DNA from: an uncultured Calditrichaceae bacterium
GTDB lineage: Bacteria > Zhuqueibacterota > Zhuqueibacteria > Oceanimicrobiales > Oceanimicrobiaceae
Length of the DNA stretch: 64,000 nucleotides
Reading direction: 5' to 3'
Assembly: GCA_964455375.1 (NCBI GenBank)
Contig: CAYVXE010000001.1
Span: 8,201-72,200 of the forward strand
Every line of letters begins with the position of its first letter. The stretch's first letter is position 1. This document shows, one piece after another, positions 38,907 through 49,139 of the stretch. The notes under the pieces are model-generated. The model saw only the letters and a list, made by a program, of their open reading frames with translations. It did no database searches and was not told the DNA's origin. The translations under genes were made by a program, and so were the position numbers.

Positions 38907-41639
38907 TTGATTATGAAAGTTGCCACAAGGAAGTCATTAAAATACGTTCTGCTTTATCTTCTGTTCACTGTTTCTTTAATTCTTGTTTGTTCAAAGAATC
39001 CTCCACTTGATCCCACCTCCAATACCGGTGATCAATTCAAACTGTTTGTGGGATTACAGGCAAATCCGACGACCGTTGCACCAGACGGAAACTCGATCAT
39101 TCGTGCATTGATTTTAGATCAGTCAAATCGACCTGTTGCCGGCGATACGGTTCGATTCTCGACAAATATGGGTTTATTATCCGCCACAACGCAGACCACA
39201 AATGATTCGGGATTTGCGACTGTCCTATTTACTGCGCCACAACGTCGTGGTGAGGCGCTTATTTCCGGGATATATGGTGCAAACAAAAAGAGCGTCACAA
39301 TTGATGTGCGTGATACGACCCCGGAAACAATTACTATCGAACCGGAGGAGACGTCATTATTAGCGGACGGAATCAGTTCAACGATTATCAACACCGAATG
39401 GCAAAATGAAGCCGGTGACCCCATTACCGGTTTGCCCATTACATTTGAAACCAATGTGGGGTCAATTACCCTTGCGGCGGTAACGGATTCCTCGGGGATA
39501 GCACAAGTCACATTTACCTCTCAAGCTCTGCGGACGGATACGATTGCGCAAATTGATGTCCGCAGCGATAGTGCCGCAGCGATGACTCAAATCTTGCTGA
39601 GAGGTGTGGATTTCCAAATCGACGCAAATCCACAGAATATTATAGCGGATGGTAGAAGTGAGTCGATCATCAGAATAATTTTAAAAGAGACCACCAGCAC
39701 CATAGCCATTTCAGGTGCTCAGATTCAAGTGGGAGCAGATTTAGGCACGATCCCCAATAGTGTGGTTACAGATGCCAGTGGCGTTGCCACCGCAAGGTTG
39801 ACCAGTTCTGTACAAACCGGTCTGTCCACGGTGACAGCTATTTACGGGAATGCATTGACGGATACGGTGCATGTCATGTTTGGTGAGTCCGTCCCGACTT
39901 ATTTGACTGTGTCGGCAAACCCGGTTTCCATTCCGGCGGACAACCAGAGTACGTCTACGCTAACAGCATCGGTAACGGATGGGCAAAACAATCCTGTGTC
40001 GGATGGTACTGTGGTTAATTTTCAGATTATCGATGGAACCGGTACGATTGAATCCCAAAAAATGACAAGCGGAGGCATTGCCCGGAGTGTTTTGACCAGT
40101 GGTACAAAACCGGATACTGCCGTCGTTGTTGTCAAGGTGGACCAATTGACAGACACAACCTCTGTCCGGTTCGTTGTGGGAGATGCAGCCGTAATTACTT
40201 TGGCGGCCGATTCAACGTCGTTGCCGGCAGACGGCATTACATCGACCCGTATTGTGGCGCGCGTTTTTGACGCTGCAGGCAACACCGTTGTTGACGGTAC
40301 ACGAGTAAGTTTTTCCACCGATATCGGGGATGTGACTGAATCATCACAAACCGTTGCTGGTCAAGCCGAAGCCCAATTTTCCAGCAGTCAAACCGGCGTT
40401 GCTACAATACAGGCTTCAGCCGGAGGCGTCTCTGAACAGTTAAACATTCAGTTACGCCCTGGACGACCCAACAGCATTTTGTTGAATTTTGATCCCAATA
40501 GTCTCGGTGTAAAAGATTCTGGCCGCAATCAAACGGTCACGATCGCTGCAACGGTTGTGGATAGTAAAAATAACCCGGTGCTCGATGGAACTTTGGTTAG
40601 ATTCTCGATTTTTGCTTCCCCGGGTGCAGGAGAGTTTTTAAGTAGTACAGAAGCGATTCCTACCGTAAATGGAAACGCACAGGTTTCTTTAAATAGTGGT
40701 ATTCGTTCGGGGAGCGTTCGAATTATGGCGCAGGTTACCGATGTTTCAGGTGTTCCCGTCCTACCGGAAGTGCGTGCTATCTCAACGGAAATATTGATAT
40801 TTGCCGGCCCGCCATTTATTGAAAATGTAAATAATGCACTGACCAGTCATTTAACGGTTGGTGTGGGACCTTCGAATATTGTGGGTTGGGATGTTGTCAA
40901 CAATACGGCTAGGGTGACGGTTGTTGTGGGTGACAAATTTAACAATCCGGTTCCTGCCGGGACCGCAGTCTTTTTTACAACCACAGCCGGTGTGATTTCA
41001 ACACACACAGGATTCACTGATGAAGAAGGAATCGCGACGGTCACGATACATTCCGGAAACCCTCTTCCGGACATTACACGATTTTATAATACATTTTTTG
41101 ATCCGAATGAAAATCACCCGGATTGGGCGTTGGGAAGCAATGTTATTCCCGGGCCGATTCCGGATTATGATCTGGGAGAAGTGGTCAATTCTCTTGGTGG
41201 AGTTGGCGAAAATGATGGGATCGTTCGTATTATTGCAACGACGGAAGGTGTCGATGCAACCGGGAAGTCCGCCCGCCCGTGGTCGGTGGTAAATTTAGTG
41301 TTTTCAGGTGCGATTTCAACGTTTAGTGTGACAGCAGATTCTACGGAATTGGCTCCGGGAGAATCCGCTTTGATTTCCTTCACTATTTATGACGTGAATG
41401 GCAATCCGATTGTTGGCGGCTCTGAAATAACCATTTCTTCCAGCGGCGGGGCTTTGTCATGGACGAGTTTAATCACCGCTGACCCGGGACAAACTCATTA
41501 TGATGTAACCATCACAAACAATATTGATCCTTCCGATCCAAGTGCCCGGACATTTTCAACCCCGGTGACAATTGACGTAAAAAGTGAAAATGGAAACGTC
41601 GTTCAATCATCGCCTGTTATTAACTTTAATCTGAATTAG
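38907..41639 (+). CDS. Large surface protein made of tandem bacterial Ig-like (Big/invasin-like) domains; a lipoprotein-type N-terminus is possible
   Basis: The signal peptide ends ...LILVCSKN. At least eight repeats of about 90 aa recur with motifs such as ...G.ATV.L/FTS..., ...G.V.F.T..G and ...ADG.S.S.I.A.V.D..GNPV.DGT.V.F. Confidence 0.65.
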   Translation: MIMKVATRKSLKYVLLYLLFTVSLILVCSKNPPLDPTSNTGDQFKLFVGLQANPTTVAPDGNSIIRALILDQSNRPVAGDTVRFSTNMGLLSATTQTTNDSGFATVLFTAPQRRGEALISGIYGANKKSVTIDVRDTTPETITIEPEETSLLADGISSTIINTEWQNEAGDPITGLPITFETNVGSITLAAVTDSSGIAQVTFTSQALRTDTIAQIDVRSDSAAAMTQILLRGVDFQIDANPQNIIADGRSESIIRIILKETTSTIAISGAQIQVGADLGTIPNSVVTDASGVATARLTSSVQTGLSTVTAIYGNALTDTVHVMFGESVPTYLTVSANPVSIPADNQSTSTLTASVTDGQNNPVSDGTVVNFQIIDGTGTIESQKMTSGGIARSVLTSGTKPDTAVVVVKVDQLTDTTSVRFVVGDAAVITLAADSTSLPADGITSTRIVARVFDAAGNTVVDGTRVSFSTDIGDVTESSQTVAGQAEAQFSSSQTGVATIQASAGGVSEQLNIQLRPGRPNSILLNFDPNSLGVKDSGRNQTVTIAATVVDSKNNPVLDGTLVRFSIFASPGAGEFLSSTEAIPTVNGNAQVSLNSGIRSGSVRIMAQVTDVSGVPVLPEVRAISTEILIFAGPPFIENVNNALTSHLTVGVGPSNIVGWDVVNNTARVTVVVGDKFNNPVPAGTAVFFTTTAGVISTHTGFTDEEGIATVTIHSGNPLPDITRFYNTFFDPNENHPDWALGSNVIPGPIPDYDLGEVVNSLGGVGENDGIVRIIATTEGVDATGKSARPWSVVNLVFSGAISTFSVTADSTELAPGESALISFTIYDVNGNPIVGGSEITISSSGGALSWTSLITADPGQTHYDVTITNNIDPSDPSARTFSTPVTIDVKSENGNVVQSSPVINFNLN

Positions 41640-41643
41640 AGAA

Positions 41644-42429
41644 TTGAAAAATATATTACAAAATTTTTATTGGTGGGGAACGATACTGTTCTGTATATTA
41701 AGTTTTTCGTATGACGTGCATGCGCAATCCGGCTTTGCATCGGTTTTAACTGCGGGCAATAAAGAACTAACCGTAAGTGTAAACGGTTCTTATTTTACCC
41801 GAGCGATTGCCGGTATTGATAATTCTTCAAAGGGTTTGCATCTTAAAGCATTATATGGACTGGTGAAAAATATAGATGTGTGGGCATCGGTTGGTTTGGT
41901 CGATTTAACTCTGAATCATGTTGATTCTACGGGTTTGACGTTAAGGGACAATACCAATTTAAGCTATGGCGCAGGTCTGAATGTTAAATTTGTTACAATT
42001 AGACGTGCAGGGTTGTGGTTTGTGACGGGTGTAAGTTACAGACGTTTTGTTGCCACTGCGAAAAAACAAAATTCACTTTTTATCGGTAATTCTGAAGTTA
42101 GACAGGCTTTAGAATTAAGATATGATTGGCAGATCTTTAATGCCAACATAGGCATGGTGAAACAATTTACATTTATGAATTTTTATGCAGGGTTAAATCT
42201 CAGGCAGATTAATCGTCCGGAAACAAAAAGCAACAAACTTACTTTTGGGAGTGAATCTGTCCCTTCCGGTGTGGTGACAGGTGAGTATAAAAGCGGGGTT
42301 ATCGTAAGTCCGGCTTTAGGTGTTGATTTTAAATTTGAATCGAGAATTAAATTGAGTTTAGGTTTGACTGTGAACAGTCGGTCGGATTATACGTTTTCAG
42401 TGGGGATAAGTCAAACTGGAAAACCATAG
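41644..42429 (+). CDS. Small outer-membrane beta-barrel protein (OmpA-TM/OmpW-like)
   Basis: A signal peptide (...DVHAQS) is followed by alternating amphipathic strands rich in Gly, Tyr and Asn. Confidence 0.5.
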   Translation: MKNILQNFYWWGTILFCILSFSYDVHAQSGFASVLTAGNKELTVSVNGSYFTRAIAGIDNSSKGLHLKALYGLVKNIDVWASVGLVDLTLNHVDSTGLTLRDNTNLSYGAGLNVKFVTIRRAGLWFVTGVSYRRFVATAKKQNSLFIGNSEVRQALELRYDWQIFNANIGMVKQFTFMNFYAGLNLRQINRPETKSNKLTFGSESVPSGVVTGEYKSGVIVSPALGVDFKFESRIKLSLGLTVNSRSDYTFSVGISQTGKP

Positions 42430-42589
42430 CAACTTCGGGATAGTACCGGAAACAAAGGCTGGAATGGAATTTGCCACTTTTCCTCTAAACTTTCCTGAGC
42501 TATTTAATAAACTATTGATGGAGGATTCTTTCTGTACAAGCTACATTGTATAAATGTGAGTTTTTGTTTAGCTGACAGAGAATAAATTT

Positions 42590-43528
42590 ATGAAAATTAC
42601 AAAATCGCACAGGCTGGATAAAATCCGTTTGATTTTCTTCTCAACTGGAGAAACAGATTTTCGTCAATTTGATTTTCATCTGCAAAAGGTCCTTTTGTAT
42701 CTTCTGGGTATAGGTATTGTTTTTACCGGCATATTTTTTGGCACTGTAACAATTATCAACACAATGTATCAGACTAATACAAGTAAATCCGTGTTGGAGG
42801 CAAATGATTTTTTAAAAAGGAAAATTTTGGCGTTGCAACAGGATATTCATTTAATGAACAATAAACTTCATGGTCTGGAAGAGGATACCCAGGGTCTTGA
42901 GACTTTGGTAGGGTTATCCGTCTCGTCTAAACCGAAGGATTCAAATAGTCAAAATTTATTTTCAGAAGATGATATGCTCATGGCATCCCTGCCGGTAGAT
43001 TATGAATATCAGACAGATAAAATGTCACAATATTTGACTAATTTAGAAGGTCGTGTTGACCGGGCAATCCAGGTACAGGATGAAATTGAACATCAGTTTT
43101 TGCAAACCCGCAAGGAAATTAAGCACATTCCTTCTATAAGACCGATTCAAGGTGCCAGAATTACGGATAAATTCGGGAATCGCAAAGACCCGTTTGTTGA
43201 AAGAATACGGCATCATAATGGCATCGATTTAGCTGCAAAGTTTGGAACAAAGGTTTATGCTTCGGCCTCCGGTGTGGTTGAATTTGTCAGAACAAAATAT
43301 CGTCTTAATAAGGGGTACGGACGAGTCATCATTATTAACCACGGGTACGGATATAAAACCCTCTATGGTCATCTCTCAAAAATATTTGTAAGACCCGGAC
43401 GAAAAGTGAACCGATGGGACGTCATCGGATTGTCAGGAGATTCAGGTCGTTCCACCGGGCCTCACCTGCATTATGAGGTGTGGCACAATCGTCGACCGCT
43501 TGACCCTGAAGAATATTTGCTCAATTAG
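42590..43528 (+). CDS. M23-family metalloendopeptidase (LytM/EnvC-like) with an N-terminal TM segment and a coiled coil
   Basis: HxxxD and HxH motifs (HHNGIDLAA...GYGYKTLYGHLS...GDSGRSTGPHLHYEV). Confidence 0.85.
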   Translation: MKITKSHRLDKIRLIFFSTGETDFRQFDFHLQKVLLYLLGIGIVFTGIFFGTVTIINTMYQTNTSKSVLEANDFLKRKILALQQDIHLMNNKLHGLEEDTQGLETLVGLSVSSKPKDSNSQNLFSEDDMLMASLPVDYEYQTDKMSQYLTNLEGRVDRAIQVQDEIEHQFLQTRKEIKHIPSIRPIQGARITDKFGNRKDPFVERIRHHNGIDLAAKFGTKVYASASGVVEFVRTKYRLNKGYGRVIIINHGYGYKTLYGHLSKIFVRPGRKVNRWDVIGLSGDSGRSTGPHLHYEVWHNRRPLDPEEYLLN

Positions 43529-43594
43529 GAAATGATATATTGAGGTTTTGACTTGACTATTAAATAAAAAATGTGTACAATGACACCGAAAATT

Positions 43595-43678
43595 TCCTTT
43601 AATCCTATTCAGTGAGGTAGGAAAGGTTCCTTGGAAAAATTGATCATGCCTTCTCGAGCTATCGAAGAAGGCTTTTTT
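43595..43678 (+). promoter_or_regulatory. PyrR-type transcription attenuator: a candidate PyrR-binding loop plus an intrinsic terminator, immediately upstream of pyrR
   Basis: UUCAGUGAGGUAGG resembles the PyrR binding-loop consensus UCCNGNGAGG. It is followed by the hairpin GCCTTCTCGA-gcta-TCGAAGAAGGC and then TTTTTT (43648-43678), which ends 10 nt before the pyrR ATG. Confidence 0.5.
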
Positions 43679-43688
43679 ATGTGAAGCC

Positions 43689-44237
43689 ATGATGACCAAA
43701 AATAAAATTGTGACTCCTGAGGGTTTAAACAGAACCTTAACCCGGCTTGCTCATGAAATTATCGAGCAAAATAGTGGTGGTGAAAACGTCGTTTTCCTTG
43801 GAATACGATCGCGGGGAGTTCCACTTGCTGAACGCATTATCGAAAGGATATTTGCTGTTGAGCAGGTAAGACCTCCTCTTGGGGTTCTGGACGTCACCAT
43901 GTACCGTGATGATGTGTTTGAAAATATTAAATTGCCATCGGTGCAGACCACGGATATCGGCTTCAAAATCGGCGGTAAGGTTGTCATTTTAGTTGATGAT
44001 GTTTTATTCACCGGCAGAACGGTTCGCGCCGCATTGGATGCGATTATGGATTTTGGCAGACCAAAATGCATTCAACTAGCAGTGCTTGTGGATCGGGGGC
44101 ATCGTGAACTGCCAATCCGGGCGGATTATGTCGGTAAGAACATACCCACCTCACAGAATCAGGAAGTGAAAGTTTTGGTGAAGGAAATTGATAATCAAGA
44201 TGGTATTTACCTGATTAACTCTGGTGAGGAAACATAA
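43689..44237 (+). CDS. pyrR: Bifunctional pyrimidine operon regulator / uracil phosphoribosyltransferase (UPRTase)
   Basis: The phosphoribosyl pyrophosphate (PRPP)-binding motif VVILVDDVLFTGRTVRAALDAI and a length of 182 aa. Confidence 0.9.
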   Translation: MMTKNKIVTPEGLNRTLTRLAHEIIEQNSGGENVVFLGIRSRGVPLAERIIERIFAVEQVRPPLGVLDVTMYRDDVFENIKLPSVQTTDIGFKIGGKVVILVDDVLFTGRTVRAALDAIMDFGRPKCIQLAVLVDRGHRELPIRADYVGKNIPTSQNQEVKVLVKEIDNQDGIYLINSGEET

Positions 44238-45179
44238 TTGAAATTTCAGAAGAAGCATTTGTTAGGTTTAGAAGATTATACAAAAGAAGAGATAACCAGC
44301 ATATTGGATACCGCCGAATCCTTTAAGGAAGTTTTATCCCGGCCTATTCCAAAAGTACCCACCCTGAGAGGCAAAACAATCGTCAATTTATTTTTTGAAG
44401 CATCCACGCGCACCAGGATTTCTTTTGAACTGGCGGAAAAACGTTTATCCGCTGATTCGGTAAATTTTTCAACTTCCGCGTCTTCGGTGAAAAAAGGAGA
44501 GACGCTTCGGGACACAGCCAGAAACATCGAAGCTATGCAAATCAGTTTGGTGGTCATTCGTCATAGCGCTGCAGGCGCACCGCACTTTCTCACGCAGTGT
44601 GTGGATGCATCCATTGTAAACGCTGGGGACGGTCAGCATGAACATCCCACACAAGCTTTGTTAGATCTTATGACGTTGCGACACAAGTTTAAAAAATTGA
44701 ATAATTTGAAAGTTGCAATTATCGGGGATATAGATCATAGCCGGGTTGCCCGTTCCAATATTTATGGTTTAAAAGCGATGGGCGCGAAAGTAGCGCTTTG
44801 TGGCCCCAGAACATTTCTTCCTGTGAAGGCAGAGCAGTGGGGGACGGAAATTTTTACAAATCTCGATGCGGCTATCGAATGGGCGGATGTGTTGAATGTG
44901 TTGCGCATTCAACTTGAACGGCAACAAAAAGGTCTGTTCTCCACCATTCGTGAATATCATAACTTGTTCGGCATCACTCGGCAGCGGTTAGAACGTGCCA
45001 AAAAAGATATCACAATCTTGCATCCGGGGCCCATTAACCGGGGTGTGGAAATCGAAAGCGAACTGGCTGACAGCGATTTTTCATTAATTCTGAATCAGGT
45101 TACCAACGGTGTCGCGATTCGGATGGCGGTGCTTTACCTGCTTAGCGGCGGCAAGCCTGCTGTGTATTTTGATGCATAA
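44238..45179 (+). CDS. pyrB: Aspartate carbamoyltransferase catalytic subunit
   Basis: STRTR motif ([13 protein letters not shown]), HPTQ motif ([11 protein letters not shown]), and HPGP near the C-terminus. Confidence 0.9.
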   Translation: MKFQKKHLLGLEDYTKEEITSILDTAESFKEVLSRPIPKVPTLRGKTIVNLFFEASTRTRISFELAEKRLSADSVNFSTSASSVKKGETLRDTARNIEAMQISLVVIRHSAAGAPHFLTQCVDASIVNAGDGQHEHPTQALLDLMTLRHKFKKLNNLKVAIIGDIDHSRVARSNIYGLKAMGAKVALCGPRTFLPVKAEQWGTEIFTNLDAAIEWADVLNVLRIQLERQQKGLFSTIREYHNLFGITRQRLERAKKDITILHPGPINRGVEIESELADSDFSLILNQVTNGVAIRMAVLYLLSGGKPAVYFDA

Positions 45180-45218
45180 ATTCTGTCAGATAGTCATTTT
45201 AAAAAAAAGTCATTTACA

Positions 45219-46532
45219 ATGAGCCTAACTCAATTTACCGAATCTGTTTCAAAATTATTATTAACCAACGGTACCGTTGTGGATCCGGTTTCTTTAAAGG
45301 AATCGATTTCAGATGTTCTCATCGAAAACGGTGAATTAAAAGAAATAGGCAAAATCAATGCAGAAGGATTTGACGGCCAAATTACGGACGTAGCGGGTAA
45401 GGTTGTCTGTCCCGGCCTCATCGACATGCATGTGCATTTGCGGGAGCCCGGCAGGGAAGATGAAGAAACCATCGATTCCGGTTGCGATGCCGCGATGGCG
45501 GGAGGATTTACTGCGGTTTGTTCCATGCCTAACACAGAACCTGCTGCCGATAATGCCGAGGTGATTTCGTTCATCAAAAACAGAGCAAAGAACCTTCTGG
45601 TGAATGTTTATCCCATTGCAGCAGTCACAAAAAATCGTGCCGGCAATGAGCTCACCGAAATGGGCGATTTGGTAGATGCCGGCGCTGTCGCTTTTTCAGA
45701 TGACGGAGAGCCGGTTGCCACATCAGAAATTCTCAGACGTGCACTTGAATATTCTTCCATGTTTAATACGCCAATCATTGAACATTGTGAAGATAAGACA
45801 CTGACTGTCGGTGCGTCCATGCATGAAGGAGAAATTTCCACAAGATTGGGTTTGAAGGGAATCCCGGGCATTTCCGAGGATATCATCGTGGCGCGTGACA
45901 TTCAGGTGACTGAGTACACAAAAGGGAAACTGCATATCGCACATATTTCTACTGCGGCGTCAGTGGACCTGGTGCGACAAGCCAAAAAACGCGGGGTGCA
46001 GGTTACTTGTGAAGTGATGCCGCACCATTTTACGTTGAACCATACGGCGGTTAAAAATTATGATACAAACGCCAAAATGAATCCGCCTTTGCGCACGCAA
46101 GCCGATGTTGATGCCATGCTCGAAGGCTTAAAAGACGGCACCATCGATGTCATTGCTACCGATCATGCACCGCATGCTATTGAAGAAAAGCAAGTGGAGT
46201 TCGACGCCGCCCCGTTTGGCATCGTCGGTTTGGAAACAGCGCTCGGCATTGTGATAAAATATTTAGTACAGGGAAAAATTCTTTCTCTGCCACAAGCAGT
46301 GGCAAAACTCACGAGTACGCCCGCTGAAATACTGAACCTCAAGGCCGGTCGTTTTGTGAAAAACCAACCTGCTTCCATCACAATTTTCGATCCAACTGTG
46401 GAGTGGGTTGTGGATAAGAGAAAATTTAAATCAAAATCCCGGAATACACCGTACGATAAGTGGGATTTGGCCGGAAAAGTGTTTGCCTTATATAATAAAG
46501 GCTTGTGGTGGCAGTCTAATTTGATCAGTTAA
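45219..46532 (+). CDS. pyrC: Dihydroorotase (amidohydrolase superfamily)
   Basis: Metal-binding motif DMHVHLREPG, and later HIAHIST and DHAPH motifs. Confidence 0.85.
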   Translation: MSLTQFTESVSKLLLTNGTVVDPVSLKESISDVLIENGELKEIGKINAEGFDGQITDVAGKVVCPGLIDMHVHLREPGREDEETIDSGCDAAMAGGFTAVCSMPNTEPAADNAEVISFIKNRAKNLLVNVYPIAAVTKNRAGNELTEMGDLVDAGAVAFSDDGEPVATSEILRRALEYSSMFNTPIIEHCEDKTLTVGASMHEGEISTRLGLKGIPGISEDIIVARDIQVTEYTKGKLHIAHISTAASVDLVRQAKKRGVQVTCEVMPHHFTLNHTAVKNYDTNAKMNPPLRTQADVDAMLEGLKDGTIDVIATDHAPHAIEEKQVEFDAAPFGIVGLETALGIVIKYLVQGKILSLPQAVAKLTSTPAEILNLKAGRFVKNQPASITIFDPTVEWVVDKRKFKSKSRNTPYDKWDLAGKVFALYNKGLWWQSNLIS

Positions 46533-46690
46533 TACGTTGGTAGTGTCGGCTTTGTAGATGCTTTTTTAAAACCTGAAACACTCATCCGTTACTCCTCTGG
46601 TTTTTACCGGGCAGGGCGTGGCTATACTTCCTTTTGTTTTGCGGTCGTCGAAAGCAATAGCCGGAACGTCGTGTTTGAAGGAATCCTAAT

Positions 46691-47248
46691 TTGGAAGCGA
46701 CCATGTCTTTAGTACCGCAAAAAATGTTTTTCACCAAAGGTGTGGGAAAACATAAAGAAAAACTGACCAGCCTTGAATTGGCATTGAGAAATGCCGGTAT
46801 CGCAAAATATAACCTGGTAAAAGTGTCCAGTATTTTTCCGCCGGGCTGCAAGATTATTTCAAAAAACGAGGGGCTGAAATTGCTGACACCGGGACAAATT
46901 TCCTATGTGGTGATGAGTCAGGCAGAATCCAATGAGGCGCACCGGTTGTTAGCAGCATCGGTGGGGGTAGCAGTTCCAAAGGATAAGCGTCAATACGGCT
47001 ACCTGTCTGAACACCACAGTTTCGGCCAGCGCGATGATGTTGCCGGTGAGTATGCGGAGGATTTAGCGGCTACAATGTTGGCAACAATTCTTGGCGTCAA
47101 CTTTGACCCGGACGCCTCCTGGGATGAAAAAAAAGAGATCTGGCGCATCAGTGGTGAAATTGTTCGCACCCGCAATGTCACCCAATCAGCTATTGGCGAT
47201 AAGAACGGTTTGTGGACGACGGTCATAGCTGCCGCGGTTTTGCTTTGA
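46691..47248 (+). CDS. pdaD: Pyruvoyl-dependent arginine decarboxylase
   Basis: A PdaD-like sequence throughout ([14 protein letters not shown]...[12 protein letters not shown]), with a serine at the putative self-cleavage site, in a protein of about 185 aa. Confidence 0.8.
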   Translation: MEATMSLVPQKMFFTKGVGKHKEKLTSLELALRNAGIAKYNLVKVSSIFPPGCKIISKNEGLKLLTPGQISYVVMSQAESNEAHRLLAASVGVAVPKDKRQYGYLSEHHSFGQRDDVAGEYAEDLAATMLATILGVNFDPDASWDEKKEIWRISGEIVRTRNVTQSAIGDKNGLWTTVIAAAVLL

Positions 47249-47254
47249 AGGTCG

Positions 47255-48151
47255 ATGCGTAGGCAGACAAAATTTCTCGATTTGCCTCCGGAATTGTCCG
47301 GATTTAACGAATCAAAAGTGGCCATTCTCAGCCTGCCTTATGAAGCGACCACCAGCTACGGAAAAGGGACGAAAGCGGGCCCCGAAGCGATTATTCAAGC
47401 CTCAACTCAGGTAGAGTTTTATGATGAGGAATTGGACTGTGAGCCCTGCCAAGCCGGCATTTCCACGGTCAGGCCGTTTACATCATTTCCTAAGAAACCG
47501 GAAGTAGCAGTCGGAGAAATAAAGCGTGCAGGCAGCAATCTTTTGGCAAGGAATAAATTTGTCGTTGGACTTGGCGGTGAGCACACGGTAACTGTGGGAT
47601 TGGTACGAGCTATGACAGAAAAATACCCGGGTTTGTCCGTGCTGCAATTAGATGCGCACAGCGATTTACGGGACACGTATGAAGGAACGCCATTCAGTCA
47701 TGCATGCGTGATGAGACGTATTTTAGAGATGTGTTCGTATGTGGGGTTGGGAATACGCAGCTCTATTCCGGGCCAGCGAAAAATATTGGGTTCTGATTCA
47801 CATATTTTTTATGCTCACGAAATGATACGGCATGCAAATTGGCCGGATTGGATTCTGGGGCGGTTGGGTAATCCGGTTTATGTGACGATTGATTTGGATT
47901 TTTTTGATCCGTCATTGGTTCCTTCTGTGGGTACACCGGAACCGGGCGGTTTTCAGTGGTATGAAACGTTGTCTTTGCTGCGTGAAATATCCACAAAACG
48001 CACTATTGTTGGCTTTGATGTTGTGGAGTTGACGCCACAAAAATATGCACCTGCATCAGATTTCATTGCAGCAAAGTTAGTGTATAAATTATTAGGCTAT
48101 ATTTTCACTGCTCGGGATGATGTTTCAAAAAAGAAAAACCTTGACTATTAA
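47255..48151 (+). CDS. speB: Agmatinase (arginase/ureohydrolase family)
   Basis: Mn-binding motifs GGEHTVT, LQLDAHSDLRD and TIDLDFFDPS. It is adjacent to pdaD. Confidence 0.85.
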   Translation: MRRQTKFLDLPPELSGFNESKVAILSLPYEATTSYGKGTKAGPEAIIQASTQVEFYDEELDCEPCQAGISTVRPFTSFPKKPEVAVGEIKRAGSNLLARNKFVVGLGGEHTVTVGLVRAMTEKYPGLSVLQLDAHSDLRDTYEGTPFSHACVMRRILEMCSYVGLGIRSSIPGQRKILGSDSHIFYAHEMIRHANWPDWILGRLGNPVYVTIDLDFFDPSLVPSVGTPEPGGFQWYETLSLLREISTKRTIVGFDVVELTPQKYAPASDFIAAKLVYKLLGYIFTARDDVSKKKNLDY

Positions 48152-48205
48152 ATGTTAAATTATTAATTTCGAAGTCGAATTTTTTTTAACAGTAAGGAGT
48201 TAGAA

Positions 48206-48634
48206 TTGAAGACACATATCGCGAATCCAGCCAATGTTCACAGGAGGTGGCTTTTAATAGATGCAGAAGGCCAAACGCTCGGTCGTCTGGCTGCAAAAGT
48301 TGCCACATTACTCAAAGGTAAACATAAGCCAATATATGCACCGCACATGGATGTTGGTGATAATATTATTATTATCAATGCCCAAAAAATACACGTGACG
48401 GGGAAAAAGGCGCAAACGAAACGGTACTATCGTCATACAGGGTATCCCGGCGGTCTGCGTTCCGATGCATTTTCCGACTTAATTGTCAGTTATCCGGAAA
48501 GAATTTTGGAGAAAGCGATTTGGGGGATGTTGCCACACAATCATTTAGGCAGGAAAATGTTTAAAAAGCTTAAAGTTTATGCAAATGAAAATCACCCCCA
48601 TAAAGCTCAGAAACCTGAAATGTATGCACTTTAA
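48206..48634 (+). CDS. rplM: 50S ribosomal protein L13
   Basis: Recognised as L13. The start is TTG, with an AAGGAG SD sequence 8 nt upstream. Confidence 0.9.
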   Translation: MKTHIANPANVHRRWLLIDAEGQTLGRLAAKVATLLKGKHKPIYAPHMDVGDNIIIINAQKIHVTGKKAQTKRYYRHTGYPGGLRSDAFSDLIVSYPERILEKAIWGMLPHNHLGRKMFKKLKVYANENHPHKAQKPEMYAL

Positions 48635-48650
48635 ATAAATTGAGGAAACT

Positions 48651-49037
48651 ATGAAGTCGTTTGATGCAATAGGCAGAAGAAAAGAGGCCGTTGCCAGAGT
48701 GAGAATGCTTCCGGGAGATGGCAAGTTTATCGTAAACAAAAAACCCTTGTTGGAATTCTTTAAGAGGGAAATTCTCAAAATGATCATTGAGCAGCCTCTT
48801 GAACTAACTGAAACATTAGGGAAATATGATATTTACGTAAACGTAAAGGGTGGTGGTTTGTCGGGGCAGGCAGGCGCTGTTCGCCACGGGGTTTCCCGCG
48901 CTCTTTTAAAGGTTGACGGGGAGCATCGCGCAAAACTCAAATCGGCGGGCATGTTGACAAGAGATTCCAGAATGGTCGAACGTAAAAAATATGGTCAGCC
49001 CGGCGCAAGAAAAAGATTCCAATTTTCAAAACGTTAA
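48651..49037 (+). CDS. rpsI: 30S ribosomal protein S9
   Basis: A C-terminal ...[18 protein letters not shown] tail, and the conserved order rplM then rpsI. Confidence 0.9.
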   Translation: MKSFDAIGRRKEAVARVRMLPGDGKFIVNKKPLLEFFKREILKMIIEQPLELTETLGKYDIYVNVKGGGLSGQAGAVRHGVSRALLKVDGEHRAKLKSAGMLTRDSRMVERKKYGQPGARKRFQFSKR

Positions 49038-49139
49038 TTGTTTTAAATACACACACCGGTGGAATGATCTGGGTGCCCGGTTTACGGGTTTTCTAATATT
49101 TAGCACCGGTGGCGGATAAACCCAAATAAGGAGGATAAG

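Noticed and set aside
43442-43699. An 85-aa minus-strand ORF spanning the pyrR leader
   Set aside because: It overlaps the M23 peptidase 3' end and the attenuator hairpin. That region is better explained as regulatory RNA.
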